From: the human T2T-CHM13v2.0 reference genome, Homo sapiens
NCBI RefSeq assembly: GCF_009914755.1
Contig: NC_060929.1
Reading direction: 5' to 3' (one strand)
Length of the DNA: 64,000 nt
The notes beneath the pieces were generated by a model, which saw only the letters and a program-made list of their open reading frames with translations, ran no database searches and was not told the origin of the DNA. Numbering within the stretch: the stretch's first letter is position 1; every line of letters starts with the position of its first letter. Below are positions 1 through 13,129 of this stretch, one piece after another. The translations under genes and the position numbers were made by a program.

Positions 1-274
1 TGGGATCAGACCTCACAGGGAGTCTCTGTGTCTGAGTAGGCAAACCAGTCCAGATTCATTGCCTTGGGGCAGGGCTAGACCCCACCTGGTATTGAAGTTA
101 TGCCAGACATGTGTTTTTAATCACATTTTTTTCCTCAAAGTCAACTGCATAATAAATTCATAATAAATAAATGCTGTCTCATCTAGAGAGTTCTGGGAGA
201 CCTAGAAAAACAGATGATTAAAAGAGAACAATTGAGTTGTTGCTCCAGAAAGGGCAACAATTTGGAGAGGAAGT

Positions 275-450
275 GTAGTTAGTAGACCTGGCTTTGGAAT
301 CTGGCTCTGCCACCTCCCAGCTGTGGATGAAGTCTTACCTTCTTAAAACACCCATCTCCTTCTCTGTAAAATAAGGGTACAAATAAAACCTCGTAACATT
401 GCTGTGAAGGTTTATAAAATGCATATAAAGTCCTAGATTAGAGTAAGCAA
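275..450 (+). mobile_element. MIR SINE fragment
   Basis: Degenerate MIR core: 'tggaatctggctctgccacctcccagctgtg...ctgtaaaataaggg'. Boundaries approximate. Confidence 0.6.
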
Positions 451-744
451 AAGGTAAATCATAGATGAAATAAAAATTATTTAAAAGCTCTTTTCTTTTT
501 CTTCTTTTCTCTCAGATCTTTATCTTGTATCTTAACCCAATATTTAGAAGACGAAGGAATATTTCATTTTGGCTTCTTTAGAAAGAAAAGAAAAAAGAAT
601 TTGGGGGCCAAAATAATTATCTTTAAGTATTTGAAAGACTGAAAAGCAAAATAAATAAATAAATAACTATGAGTCTTATTCTGTATTTTTCTAGTGGTAG
701 TTTTAGTCTAATATTTGTTGTTTCCCCTTAAAAATACTACTTAA

Positions 745-1158
<414 letters not shown>

Positions 1159-2519
1159 CATTTTCTTTTTTCAATTCTTTTTCTTACCTTTCTTTCACTT
1201 TCACTACTTTCCTCATTTATGCTTCCTATATCTTTTTCTTAAGAAAACCAAACTGTGGAGTACATAATGAAAGCAAAAAAACCTCACGTGTAGTGTGCAT
1301 AGCTACTGTATATTACCAGTTTCAAAAACAAAGCACTCTCTTTTTCTCCGATGTTATATTTTAATCTGAGAAGTAATATTTGCAGAGTTTTCAGTGGTTT
1401 GAAGGAAGTAAAATATAACACAAATATCTTCTAGACATACACAGCATAAGCTTTTACTTGACTACACTCAGATGTTATCAAGAGTAAGTTCATTAATAAC
1501 TTGCTGTTATATCAAAATTGGAAAATGAAAAGTAAGAAAAAACAAAAAAGGGGCATCTGGATTTTCAAGAATATTGCAATACATTTGGAAGTGGAAGCTG
1601 AGCACACAAGAAGAGAACAAATAAAGACCATGTATATTTGTGTTAAATTTGGGGAGGGCTCACATGATAAAAGACCTTCATAGCTAGCTCAAAAGTTAAG
1701 ACTTTCCTTTTATTATTTTTATTGTATACTATGTGTTTATTGCAAGAACCATTAAGAAATATAAGAAACATTAAGAAAACATAAACTGGGAAAATAAAAC
1801 CAAAATAGAATTACCCAAATGCTCACATCTAGTTAATTTCTTGATGTATAGCTCTATCTTTAGCTCTACAATGTACATGCTATTTTATAAATACATTGTC
1901 CTTCTAAGAGGATACTGAATATTTTTCTGTGTCAATAAATATGGAATAGAAACCTTTCAAGACCTATAGGTGATCAGAAAAGGACAAAAAAGATGTGGGG
2001 CAGAGTGATGAGCAAGACCTGATGGTGGGTAAACATGTCCTGCTACTTGAAGAATGTGCAGGATTTAGATAACCAGATGGGAGATGTCTCTCGGAAGAAC
2101 AGCAACATGGAAAAATGCAGGAAAGGGAAAGTGCATGCACGGGTCATGCATGGTCCAGTAGGGAGACCAGTGTGGCTGGGAAGCTGGCTTTCTGTGGATA
2201 AGAGGGAAAAGGCAGGGAGAAGGATAGACCCAGGCAAAGAGAAGCTTTAGAGTACCTATTCTTTATCTTCTCTGAAAACTGGACAAGAAGAAATGGATTT
2301 GAATGGCAGTCCGCAGTCAAATGCAGATGGCTCTCCACATAAAGAGAATTGTTACAAATGATCTGCAGTAGTGAATGAAAAACTGGGATTCCCCTCTAGA
2401 GAGCTTTAAAAAAGGACAGATGTCTGAGCTCAAATAAGGATCTACTGCAGATACTTGCAATGCATTTGCCTTATCTTAGCTCATCTTAGTAGTAGGCAAT
2501 TTAACAATATATTCTGGCT

Positions 2520-3050
2520 TACTGTTTTTCAAACTGTGGGCACAATAGTTGGTTATGACATTTAGTGAGTCATCATCAACAGTTTAAAAAAGAAATTTGA
2601 ATAAAGTAGAACAGAAGTTGAATATCAGAATATGCTGCCACTGTTAACATTCTCAAGAGCCTATTTGTGTAAATCGGGATTTTCAATCTTCAGCCAATTA
2701 AAACAACAAAAAAAATCTGGCTGAACAGTGCACCAGAAATGCAGGTAGCATTATCTTCATGTGTCTCAGACTGTAATAAACATGAACAGGCAAAGATAGC
2801 TGGAGCATTAAGTAAAATATTTCCTAATTTTTAGTTTTTATTGTTTGTTTTGGATTTGTTTCCACTTTGTGTTTACAGATGAATAAAACATAGTTCACAT
2901 TATTCATTGTTTTTACCTGATCATAGATAATGAAGAATTGTTCCATGAAACTTCATGTTCAAATCATGTGCATTTATATGTACTAGTTGCAATGTAAAAT
3001 GTATTTCTTACTGAGGACCACGGGGAAAAAAAGTTTGGAAAAATTACTGA
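2520..3050. mobile_element. Probable hAT-Charlie-type non-autonomous DNA transposon relic (family not determined)
   Basis: Imperfect terminal inverted repeats 'ctgtttttcaaact' (~2522) and 'agtttggaaaaattactg' (~3032-3049). Confidence 0.45.
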
Positions 3051-3099
3051 GAACTTTACTTAAGAACAATTTGTATACTCTATGCATATTCTGCTTAGT

Positions 3100-3640
3100 T
3101 TCTGAATTGGTTGAGACTCTTGGTTAATAAATAACAGAAAAAGCAACTTGTACTGTTAAAACAAAAATGAGGGGAGATTATTTTGAAGGCTATAGCGTAC
3201 GTCCCAGAACCAAAGCCTTTTGAGTGCAACTGGGCCTCACTAGAGAGTGCAGCTCATTAAGTGGAAGGTCGTAAGGAAGCTCAGCCCTCTTCTGTCTCCT
3301 CCTATCTCTGCTTCCCTGGCAGGCCTGTTCTTTCTTCCTGTGCGGGCTGACTTTCCGGGTCCTCAGTTTCCACAGTGAAGCCCAGGTCTACATGCTTCAC
3401 GTTACGGTTTTTAGCACCCAGAAAGTTTTTTCCTCTATCTTCATCTTAATTTCATTACTCAGTCCCCACCTCCCAATGAGGAAAGAAAACCTGCCCGTTT
3501 GGGTCAGTTCAAGTCAGGTCTACCATTGGTCCAGTCAACTGTGGGCTGTGGAGAAGAGGGATAGAGCAATGGGGAGCCATGATGGGATCTGGAATTCTAC
3601 TCCAAAGGAGGAACAGGGGTGAGCCGGGCAGATATTCCAA
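3100..3640 (-). mobile_element. Probable MaLR (MLT1-type) LTR relic
   Basis: Resembles a reverse-strand MLT1: 'ttggttaataaataacagaaaa...' and 'tcaggtctaccattggtccagtcaactgtgg'. Heavily diverged. Confidence 0.45.
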
Positions 3641-4650
3641 ATGGCCCCTGGTGCATGCTCTTAACTCTTCTTTCTAGAAACTAGTGAATTCTTATATATT
3701 GATTCAAAGGAATCAAGATTCTGCATGTGCCCCAAATGACTTTGAGTATTAAATCCAAAGAGACACTTTTTCTTAATTAAAAAAAAACACTGTGGCTTGC
3801 AGGCAATTGAAGAACCTCTTAGAAATGGCACATTTCTTTATACAATAATCTGAGCTGGAAACAGAAATGCAGGGAAAGAAACAAAAATGAAAACAAACCT
3901 GACACCAATAAATATGTAATGTGAAGTGATCTGCAACAAGAAGGATCAAGACTATTTTATAATCAAACACCAAAGAGAGGTGACCTTAGGCGTACCTTGG
4001 AACATAAAAATCTTGCTTTGCAGGATGGCTTTATTTTCTGCCTTAAATCTAACCAAAGAGTTTGCAGTATTGTGTGGTTTGGGTGTGGCGGTAGAAGCCT
4101 GGGGTGAGTCACCATGATGACCAACTGTGGTTTCTTTTTTGCTATAGTGAAGAAATGTGGTTTGCTCAGTGTATCGTCCCAATCTACATGCCTTCTGGAT
4201 AGGCTACAAGAAATACCTATTAATGGACAAAAGACAGGCTGAGGGAGGAAATGAAGTCTAGGCCTGGGAAAATTTAGATGACAATTTTTTGAGTGGGAGG
4301 GAGTAGGTTAGGATATATAGAAAGGAAAAGATAATTGATTCAAAATCTTCAATATGACAAGAATATGATAATTCTTATAATAAAAATTGATTCCTATGAA
4401 TGACTTGGTCTAGATATATTCCAGACAGAAATAGCACATTAAAAAATTAATCTAGCTTTGGTAAATATTTGAAGCAAGCAGTTGGCTGTACAGATATTTG
4501 GGCTGCAAAAATTTCTATATAGAAAATTAATTCCATAAGATGGTGTTTGTGAGTGGGAGAAAAATGAAAGTTAGTGGAAAGTGGCAAGATTTCAAAAATA
4601 TAACTTGATTTCCAGAGATACACTTGCTAGTCTGAAAATGTAATTTTGTA

Positions 4651-4945
4651 GGCCAGGCACGGTGGCTCACACCTGTAATCCTAGCACTTTGGGAGGCCGA
4701 GGCGAGTGGATCACATGAGGTCAGGAGTTCGAGACCAGCCTGGCCAACATGGCAAAACCTCATCTCTACTAAAAATACAAAAATTAGATGACCGTGGTGG
4801 TGGGCACCTGTAATCCCAGCTACTCAGGAGGCTGAGAGGCAGGAGAATCACTTGAACCCAGGAGGTGGAGGTTGCGGTGAGCCGAGATCATGCCACTGCA
4901 CTCCAGCCTGGACAACAGAGCGAGAGTCCATCTGAAAAAAAAAAA
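4651..4945 (+). mobile_element. Alu (AluS-like) with 15-bp TSD
   Basis: Full Alu body. Target-site duplication (TSD) AAAATGTAATTTTGT at 4635-4649 and 4942-4956. Confidence 0.96.
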
Positions 4946-5489
4946 TGTAATTTTGTGACTCAGTTTTCTGTGTTGCCTCCAGATCTGAGGGGCCATGACG
5001 AACTTGCACCTATCCCAGGACAGGAACACGGGAGTACTTTGGGTTTAGTAAGTTCATTACCATGCACACATCATCCCAAATTTGGTTTCTTGTTGCCTAA
5101 CAAATGTTAAAGTTATTTCAAATAACCAGCCACTCTATCAGCACATACACAAAAGAAGCAAACCAAAAAGAAAAAAAAAAGGAAATGGAAAAATGGAAAA
5201 AGCACCCATTATTGGGAATGAGTACATCAGCGTGAATTCTGGCTGCCAGCTCAGGTATGTGGGTCTGGATTAGAGCTTTCCTAGGGTACTGCTCAGCTGT
5301 GGCTCATTTTATGGTCTACAGAATGTCTGGAATGCTGGTTGAATGGAAACAGATCTATAACATTCATTGATTGGACAGGAGGTTGCTTCTTACTGGGGAT
5401 CCAACAAAAACTGCTTTGCCCCTGTCCAAAGAACATTCAGGGGTTTTGAAATTTTTAACTATTAATAATAAATGCAATTTAATAATTGC

Positions 5490-5740
5490 AACCAGCATTT
5501 ATTTGCACAATTATCATACATGAGGCACTGTGCCAAATGCTTTAATACACTGCCTTATTCCATCATCAGAATAACCCTAGGATGTAGGTACTCAGCTTTA
5601 TCATCCACAGGTAACAGGTTAGGGAACTGATATTCAAAGTGATTAAGTAATTTGCTTGAGGTATGCAGTCCATAAGTGGCAGAGCTGGGATTTAAACATA
5701 GTTGTGTGGATCTAAAACTCTTATGCTTTACCCACTATGA
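5490..5740 (-). mobile_element. MIR SINE
   Basis: 'aggcactgtgccaaatgcttt...gattaagtaatttgcttgagg...taagtggcagagctgggattt' matches reverse MIR. Confidence 0.7.
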
Positions 5741-5874
5741 TGTATTGCCAAAATATGGCAATCTCCAGCAAATGCGATGTGGTATCTACCTGGATGTTTC
5801 TTTGGCTCTGTTTTTTATTTCTTTATAGGATTCTCTTTCAAGTATATATTTATATGCAAATCGATTCCTAGGTA

Positions 5875-6208
5875 GAACAGCCAGTTGGTGGAGCAGTCAA
5901 AACACACACAACATTTATCAATTAAATTCTCTGTCTTCTATGGGTGCACTATGTGGTGCCCCAAAATAATTACAATAGCAACATCAAAGATCTCTGATCA
6001 CATATCACGTAACAGATATAATGAAAAAGGTTGAGGTGTTGCAAGAATTACCAAAATGTGGGTAGACATGAGGTGAACACACATGCTGTTGGAAAAATGG
6101 TGCTGACAGACATGCTCGAGGCACGGTTGCCACAAGCCTTCATTTTGTAAAAAACACAGTATCTGTGAAATGCAATAAAGCAAAGAGCAATAAAATGAGG
6201 TATGCCTG
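5875..6208 (-). mobile_element. Tigger1 (TcMar-Tigger) DNA transposon, terminal fragment
   Basis: Ends in the Tigger1 terminal repeat 'gcaataaaatgaggtatgcctg' followed by a TA target. Internal 'ttggtggagcagtcaaaacacacacaacatttatc' and 'gttgccacaagccttcattttgtaaaaaac' match Tigger1 as I recall it. Confidence 0.85.
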
Positions 6209-6349
6209 TATTTACTTGTCTGTCTCTTCTAATTGTAAAGTCCTTTAGTGTAAGAGGTCTACAGTACCTCCCCATAGCAGGCATCTGTTACTGAGTAAAT
6301 AAAGGAATAAATGATTACCTATGTGCAGACAGTAATGTGGCAAAAGCCA

Positions 6350-6660
6350 TTTATTTATTTATATTTAGTTTTTGTTTTTCTTGAGACAGAGTCTCACTCT
6401 GTCGCCCAGGCTGGAGTGCAATGGGACAATCTTGGCTCACTGCAACCTCTGCCTCCCTTGTTCAGGCGATTCTTGTGCCTCGGCCTCCTGAGTAGCTGGG
6501 ATTACAGGTGCGCGCCACCATGCCCAGCTAGTTTTTTGTATTTTTAGTAGAGACGGGGTTTCGTCGTGTTGCCCAGGCTGGTCTCGAACTCCTGAGCTCA
6601 GGCACTCTGCCCACCTCAGTCTCCCAAAGTGCTAGGATTACAGGCATGAGCCACCGCACC
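6350..6660 (-). mobile_element. Alu (AluS-like)
   Basis: T-rich tail then the reverse Alu body. Confidence 0.95.
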
Positions 6661-7967
6661 ATCTATATTTAAAAGGAGCTTCCCCAAATTAGTAAATGCT
6701 GGTCCATGATATCAAAGTTCCAATAATTCTTCACTGGCTACAAGGAAAAGCAAAACATCAGGGTCTTCAGCTTCTTTGAAATTCTTCTGTACTCATAGTC
6801 ATTAATGCATTGTTTAGCAATTGTTCTGCTTATGTGAGTTCTGACTTTTAAGCTAAGCCTGAAGGTTAGGGTTATTACCTCTTATAGATTTTGATACCTA
6901 ATATATCATGTATTAGTGTAGCTGCTCCACAAACAATGAGCTGGTGAATAGATTGATTACTTACTCCATTACATAGACCCTCCGCTCCAGCCAGGTGAGT
7001 GGGTTCCTCTTTATCTCGTCAGGTGCCCCCACCCCTTCTCCTTCTGTTCACACCTCACCAGCTAGCCAGCCTGCTCATGTCTCCTTCCTCCTTTCCCTCC
7101 TATTGTTGATACAACCCCTGTGGAACCCCAAACTCCCAAAACACCTTTGTACTTACTCACACACTGTTAGGTCTTTCAATATCCCTACACCATCATGTGT
7201 TACAAATGCCATATAACTTCAGCTAAACTGTCAGTCCCTGGAGGACAGGCAATGTATCTTTTTAATCTCTATATCTCTCCTTCTACTAGTCCTTTCACAA
7301 TGTTTTACATAGAATACTCTCAAGAAATATATAACTGGTTTAAACTCAATTTTTAAATACTCTGTTGGAAAATAACCTCAAACTCTAATGCCACCAAGTC
7401 ACTGGAAACCATTCCAGAGTTTGAATAAAGTACTCCAGGGATCTAAAACCTTGATTCTGGGATATGTAGGCTCCCCAGTAAGAAAATCATTCTAGTTCCT
7501 GGGGTGGAGGCCAGGAAGGAGGAGCTGCCTGTCACCTCACCCCTACAGCTTTTGTGTTTGTTTAAATTACTGTAGTGGTGTGGTCACAATCATAAGAAGA
7601 TCTTGTTTTCAGACTTATGGCATAGTTTCCCTCCTTTCTGAATGTAACCGATGCCAACAATCATTTGTTTTTCCTGAGTGGACATAGTCCCAATATCTAA
7701 GTTGTTTCATTTTTATGTATAAATTCCTGCAGTGCTACCTGTTTGTTGAAATACTAGATACACAGACAGTAAGTACGACACTTTAAGAGGAAATGCATTT
7801 AAATCCTCTTCTCCCCGCATCCCCTCCCTCAAAATTAAGAATGTTGCTAGCCTATCCTTTGAAGAAGAAGTCAGAATTCCTAAAATGAGGAGGTACAAAG
7901 GAAACCAGAATTCTGTTCTGCCAGGCTCCATATAGCATGACAAATCTCTCCTTAAAATCTGCCTTCT

Positions 7968-8296
<329 letters not shown>

Positions 8297-8681
8297 TCAA
8301 CTGTCTAAACCCCAACGCTGCAGAAAGCGGTGACCCCAAGTCCCAGAATGATGATGCTACTGCAGGGTAACAAACAGGTTTTCTGTCAGGCCTGATTGTG
8401 AACCAGCAGCAACTGCAGGCTGACAGTTTCTCACATAAGCACGTAGGGCTTGTTAAATTTCACTTCCAGCCCCAAACCAGGAAGCGCTGTTTAAGATGAG
8501 CCCAAGAAGAAAGCAATCTAGCTTCAGAAACAAAACTCGCCAGACTCTAGAAAGACTATAAGGGTTTAAATTTGGGACTGTTCTCCGTTTTGCATTGGAA
8601 CCTATGTTCTCCTCCCCATAAAAGTTTATTAAAATTCGAAACTGCCAAAAAACAAAGTAAAATCATATAAAACATACACAG

Positions 8682-8708
8682 GCGCGTGCACGCACGCACA
8701 CACACACA
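8682..8708. repeat. Alternating purine-pyrimidine (GC/CA) microsatellite
   Basis: gcgcgtgcacgcacgcacacacacaca. Confidence 0.9.
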
Positions 8709-9256
8709 GACCAATTTGTTTTTGTGATCCGCTTCCTTATCTAGACTGTCCAGGCTTGGGCCAGATTTGAGTTGGTAAACTCTCGCAGCTAAAGCGGAGC
8801 AGAATGTAGAAAGAGTATCTACTTCTCCGGATTGTTGGGAGGAGGGTCGAAGCGTAGACTGGCCACGCCCGGGTCCCGCTCTCTCGTTGCACAACTGCAA
8901 GCTAGATCTGGGCATCGAAGGAGGAACGCTGCAACCTCCAACCCCTTCTTTCTGACCAACCGGGACCAGAGCAGTGCTGGGGCCGGGGCGGGTCACCGGG
9001 TGAGGACCGGGGCGGAGGGTGTTAAGTTACAGGGCAGGAGCCCGGGTCCCTCCGCGGGCAGGAAGGGGAGGGCCCATCGGGGCTAGGGGAACCCCGGCGC
9101 AGACCTGGGGTGGGGTCGGAAAAGCTGTTTCATCGCCCGCTCCCGGGCCCTCCGCTCCCTCCCTCCCTCCCTCTCTCCCTGGCAGGACTCCCCGCCAGGC
9201 CTCCCCGCCACTCTCCGCGGCGCATTCCGGGAGGCAGCGGCCGCAGCGGCCTCGCC

Positions 9257-9331
9257 ATGTCCCAGCCCGGCCAGAAGCCCGCCGCCTCCCCGCGGCCCCG
9301 GCGAGCAGCCGCCGCCCGCCGCACCCATGAG
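9257..9331 (+). CDS. CAST: Calpastatin alternative first exon 1xa, coding part: MSQPGQKPAASPRPRRAAAARRTHE
   Basis: Kozak-like GCCATG at 9257, 25 codons, strong donor GAG|GTGAGT at 9331/9332, phase 0. Confidence 0.95.
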
Positions 9332-9487
9332 GTGAGTGGCGCTCCTGTCGGCGTCGCGGGGCTGGGCGATGGGGTACCGGGTCCCGGAGCTGTGGCCGCC
9401 CTCCCTGGGCGTTGCCAGGCTGGCGGGTCTGCAGTCCCCGGCGCCCCCGCGGGGCAGGGAGAGGGCTAGGGGCTTGGCCGCTGCCAG

Positions 9488-9517
9488 GCAGGTGGCTGCA
9501 GGTGGCTGCAGGTGGCT
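9488..9517 (+). repeat. Perfect tandem repeat (GCAGGTGGCT)x3
   Basis: Read directly from the sequence. Confidence 0.95.
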
Positions 9518-9980
9518 TCGGTTCCCCGGCCGGGTCCAGTGCGCTGGGCGTGGCGTTGGCCGGGTAGAGTGGAGGGGGGGACGCGTCAAGAAAAGTTGGC
9601 TGGTAAGACGTGGGTGAATGAGGATGAGGATGAACGGGGAATGAGGTTCACTCAGGACCCCCGAGTGAGTGGGGTGGTTTCACTGGACAGCGGGATGTAG
9701 TCTTCCGCGCTAAGGCCGGGCCGCAGGGCGTGGCTGCCTGGAGACGCAGAGCCTCTTCCCTAACCAGCCTCGAGCCAAATTGGGCGGGCGAGGAGGGGCG
9801 GGGCCTGCGCCGGGCCCCACCCCCAGGGTTCTGCCCACCTGGCAGCCGCCTTGGGATGTGCGGAGCTCAGTGCCAGCCCGGTCCCGGCCAAGCGGAGTGT
9901 GAGCCCGGCGCCTCCAACGCAACACCCCGCGCCCTCGCCGGCTCCCCCGCCGTGCGGATCGGAGCCAGCCGGTTGTTGCC

Positions 9981-10010
9981 ATGGCATTCGCCAGCTGGTG
10001 GTACAAGACG
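9981..10010 (+). CDS. CAST: Calpastatin alternative first exon 1xb, coding part: MAFASWWYKT
   Basis: Strong Kozak GCCATGG at 9981, 10 codons, donor ACG|GTAAAT at 10010/10011, phase 0. Matches the type II calpastatin N-terminus as I recall it. Confidence 0.93.
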
Positions 10011-11089
10011 GTAAATAGGAGCGGTTGTGCCTGGGCAGGACCCGGAAGGGAGTGTGTTGGAAGGGAGTGTGTTTGCTTTGCCCTTCTGGGCGTGCGGATG
10101 AAGCGTTGTCCGGGGTTTGGCGGGGAAGGGGTGCGGACCGGGTGCGACCTCCTCGCAGACCTTCAGGTTAGGCTCGGGGAGAGGCAGGGGACTCACCCTC
10201 TTGTGGTATGTATGAGCGCGCCCGAGCGTGCGCGGCGCATGCACCTCTCTCGCCCCGATGTCAAGCACTATGCTCTGCTGGCGCTCACAAGTGGGATGGA
10301 ACTGGAATTGTTGCTGGAGGAATTCTGTCTAGGAGGTGGATTCCTGAATGCACTAGGACGCAGCTCGCAAGAGCTTTGATCTAGAGTTCTTTTTTAACCC
10401 CTAAGTAAAGTTCAAAACTTTTAGAGGGCGATTGTTGGACGTACATTCGCCGACGCAAAGGAGAGGCAGCTGCAATGTGAGGCAAGGAGAAAATCCCAAA
10501 CATCAAGGGGCAGAAGCAACTGAGATCTGAGACCAAGACCCTTGGAGAGAGCGGTGGAGGGGTGGAGGAAAGAAAGCGAGAAAGTGAGAGAGGGAGGGAG
10601 AGAGAGACAGCGCGCACAAAAGCGAGCTTCTCTGCACTTTATTACTTTGGATGAGGGACAAGAACGTTCCATTTGTTTGGTGCATTGAATGTTTGTCCTG
10701 CCAATTAGGTGTAATATCCAGTCAAGCTGGCACTTCTAGTGTTTTGGAACCAGGAAGCATGATTTAACATTAGATTGCTTTCCAAAAAAAAAAAAAAAAA
10801 TCACACACAGGAGTTTTGTTGACAGTGAGAGCCAAAATGTTTATGTCTCATTGATTTATGGTGAGAATTAAAAAATTAGGTATGTCTTTTTCTCTCTTGG
10901 CATGTGGTATTGGAAAAAGCAAAGATGTTGGAATCAGACATTCTTTGGAGCTAGCTACCCTGTATAAGAATCAAGAAAGAAACTGTTACTTATCAGACAA
11001 TGGACATTTATTGATCATCTATTATGTGCCAGGCAGAATTATATCCCACAAGTAGTGTTTTTTTTTAGATTATTTTTTATTCTCCGTTT

Positions 11090-11280
11090 CTATATAAATA
11101 GTATATATGTATAGTGTGTATGTGTGTATATTTACAGTGTGTGTGCATATATATATTTACACATATATGTAAATATATGTGTGTGCATATATATGTAAAT
11201 ATATGTGTGTGTGCATATATATGTGTGTGCATATATATGTGTAAATATATATATATATGCACACACACACACACATACAA
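11090..11280. repeat. Compound (TA)/(TG)/(CA) microsatellite
   Basis: Read directly from the sequence. Confidence 0.95.
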
Positions 11281-11288
11281 TATACTGT

Positions 11289-11404
11289 ACAGGGTCTCTC
11301 TCACTATGTTGCCCAGGCTAGTCTAAAACTCCTGGTCTCAAGCAATCCTCCCACCTCAGCCTCCCAAAATGTTGGATTACAGGCATGAGCCACTGCACTG
11401 GGCC
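11289..11404 (-). mobile_element. Alu left monomer (FLAM-like)
   Basis: Reverse Alu left arm only: 'cactatgttgcccaggctagtc...acaggcatgagccactgcactgggcc'. Confidence 0.85.
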
Positions 11405-12024
11405 TACAGGTGCTTTTTAAAGCCTCCATGTACACTGTGGAGAACAAAGAGTTTTTCTCAAATGGAAATAAGTCAACCTTTTCAACCTGTTTTCACATGT
11501 GTAAAATAGAAATTATATGCACTACATAAGTATTGGTGAGGACTAATTAGATTTAAAAGTCAAAATGTCATACACATATACTTTTAAGAATTTGGAATTC
11601 CAATTTCCCTTGAGATACTTCTTCATGAATGTTTTCCAGTACATTTCCTGGGCTTTTACATGTAGCATTTGATTGATGTGGTAAGAACAAACCACATCAA
11701 TTTGCTTTGAGTCATTATTGGCCTAAGGTTCTTATCAAAATGTACCATGTACCTTATCTGCAAATATGGATAGCAGTAGTTCAGAGTTGACATCAAAATT
11801 CTCCTTCCAGACTCATGATTCTCTCAAGGAAACTCTGCTGGGTTACTTGGATGAAAGTAGTTTGAATCTATGCTTTTAACCCTGTTTTGTTTAGTCACAG
11901 TCTGATGTTTTTGCTAAAACCTCTCTTAGAATCCAATTTTGGTACTACCATGAAAACTTTTTGCTAGTAGGAACTTCCTAGAACCAGCTACATGCCTGTG
12001 ATCAAGCTTTAGCTTTGCCCAAAC

Positions 12025-12350
12025 CAGTGCTATTCAATAGAAACATAATGTGAGCCACGTCTGCAATTTCAGATTTCCAAGGAGCCACTTTAACAACAAC
12101 ATCACAACAAAAAGCAGGTGAAATTTGTGCTAATTGATATATTTTACTTAACCTACTATATCCCACATATTATTATTTCATCATGTAATCAGTGTATAAG
12201 CCATTGAGATATTTTACATTCTTTTTTATACTAATTCTTCAAAATCCAATGTATATTTACATTAACAGCACATCTCAATTCACACTTGCCACATTTCAAG
12301 AGTGTTCAGTAGCCACAAGCAGCTAGGGGCTATAGTAATGGACAGTATAG
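12025..12350. mobile_element. MER33 (hAT-Charlie) non-autonomous DNA transposon
   Basis: Runs from 'cagtgctattcaatagaaacataatgtgagccac' to 'gccacatttcaag...tagccac...tggacagtatag', with degenerate terminal inverted repeats. Confidence 0.8.
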
Positions 12351-12568
12351 CGCTAGACCATGGACTCCTAAACTTTCTTTTTTTCCTTTGGTGATAGGTG
12401 GGTGGTCACAGACAATTTTGAGAATCAAATGGGATTTATGGACTGCTTTCCCACAACAAAATACATACAAACATACACAAAATGCAGTTTCCAATATAGC
12501 TTCAGGGAGTTCAGAGATTTCCAAAAGACCACCCATAAATCCCCCAAAGGTCCATGGAGCCAGTTTAT

Positions 12569-12845
12569 AACACACACACACACACATACACACACACACA
12601 CACATATACATACACACATACAAACATATACAATCCAATATACATATATGTGCATATTTATATATAATACACACATGCATGTATAATACATATGTAGACA
12701 TCTAGATTTATGTGTGTATGTATCTACAGATATAAATACAGATGTCTGTCTGTATGTACACATGCATGTATAATACATATATAGACAGATTTATATGCAT
12801 ATATATCTACAGATATAAACACAGATATCGGTATATACACAGACA
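12569..12845. repeat. (CA)/(TA)-rich compound microsatellite / low-complexity tract
   Basis: Read directly from the sequence. Confidence 0.9.
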
Positions 12846-13101
12846 TCTCAGAATACTTCAGGTAAATCCTATAATTAAAATATCTTTGTGGAATCCTTTA
12901 AGTACTGAAAAGGTTATAAATGATCTAACTTTCAAAATTTAGGCAGAATAAAATGAAATAATTAAAAGACATGTCTCAGATGTGTTCGTTTAACAGCATG
13001 CCACCTATAAAGCTAGTCAGTGAAACGTTGCAATGTATATTTCCACATTGAATGCCATCAATCCTATTGACTTTATCTTCTGAAAAATGTGGTTGTAGTA
13101 A

Positions 13102-13129
13102 ACACACACACACACACACACACACACAC
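13102..13129. repeat. (CA)n microsatellite
   Basis: About 14 perfect AC units. Confidence 0.95.

Larger units (their letters stand above)
8840..10270 (+). promoter_or_regulatory. CAST: CpG island containing the promoters of CAST exons 1xa and 1xb
   Basis: Abrupt switch to high GC with abundant CpG and no obvious TATA box. GC boxes include GGGGCGGG ~8985 and GGGGCGGGG 9795-9803; inverted CCAAT (ATTGG) at 9779-9783. Confidence 0.9.

Noticed and set aside
5998-6284. ORFs over the Tigger1 fragment as a possible transposase
   Set aside because: Only the non-coding terminal ~330 bp of the element is present, and there are no transposase motifs.
8556-10379. Dense overlapping ORFs on both strands, including the 132-aa read-through of exon 1xb (9981-10379) and the read-through of exon 1xa
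   Set aside because: GC-rich CpG islands are depleted of stop codons. The recognisable protein ends at the splice donors at 9331 and 10010.
11672-11701. Perfect 11-bp hairpin ATTGATGTGGT-8 nt-ACCACATCAAT
   Set aside because: Too short for a pre-miRNA, and a stem of this size is plausible by chance in 64 kb.
11077-12942. His/Thr/Ile/Tyr- and Cys/Val-rich ORFs
   Set aside because: They are translations of (CA)/(TA)/(TG) microsatellites.
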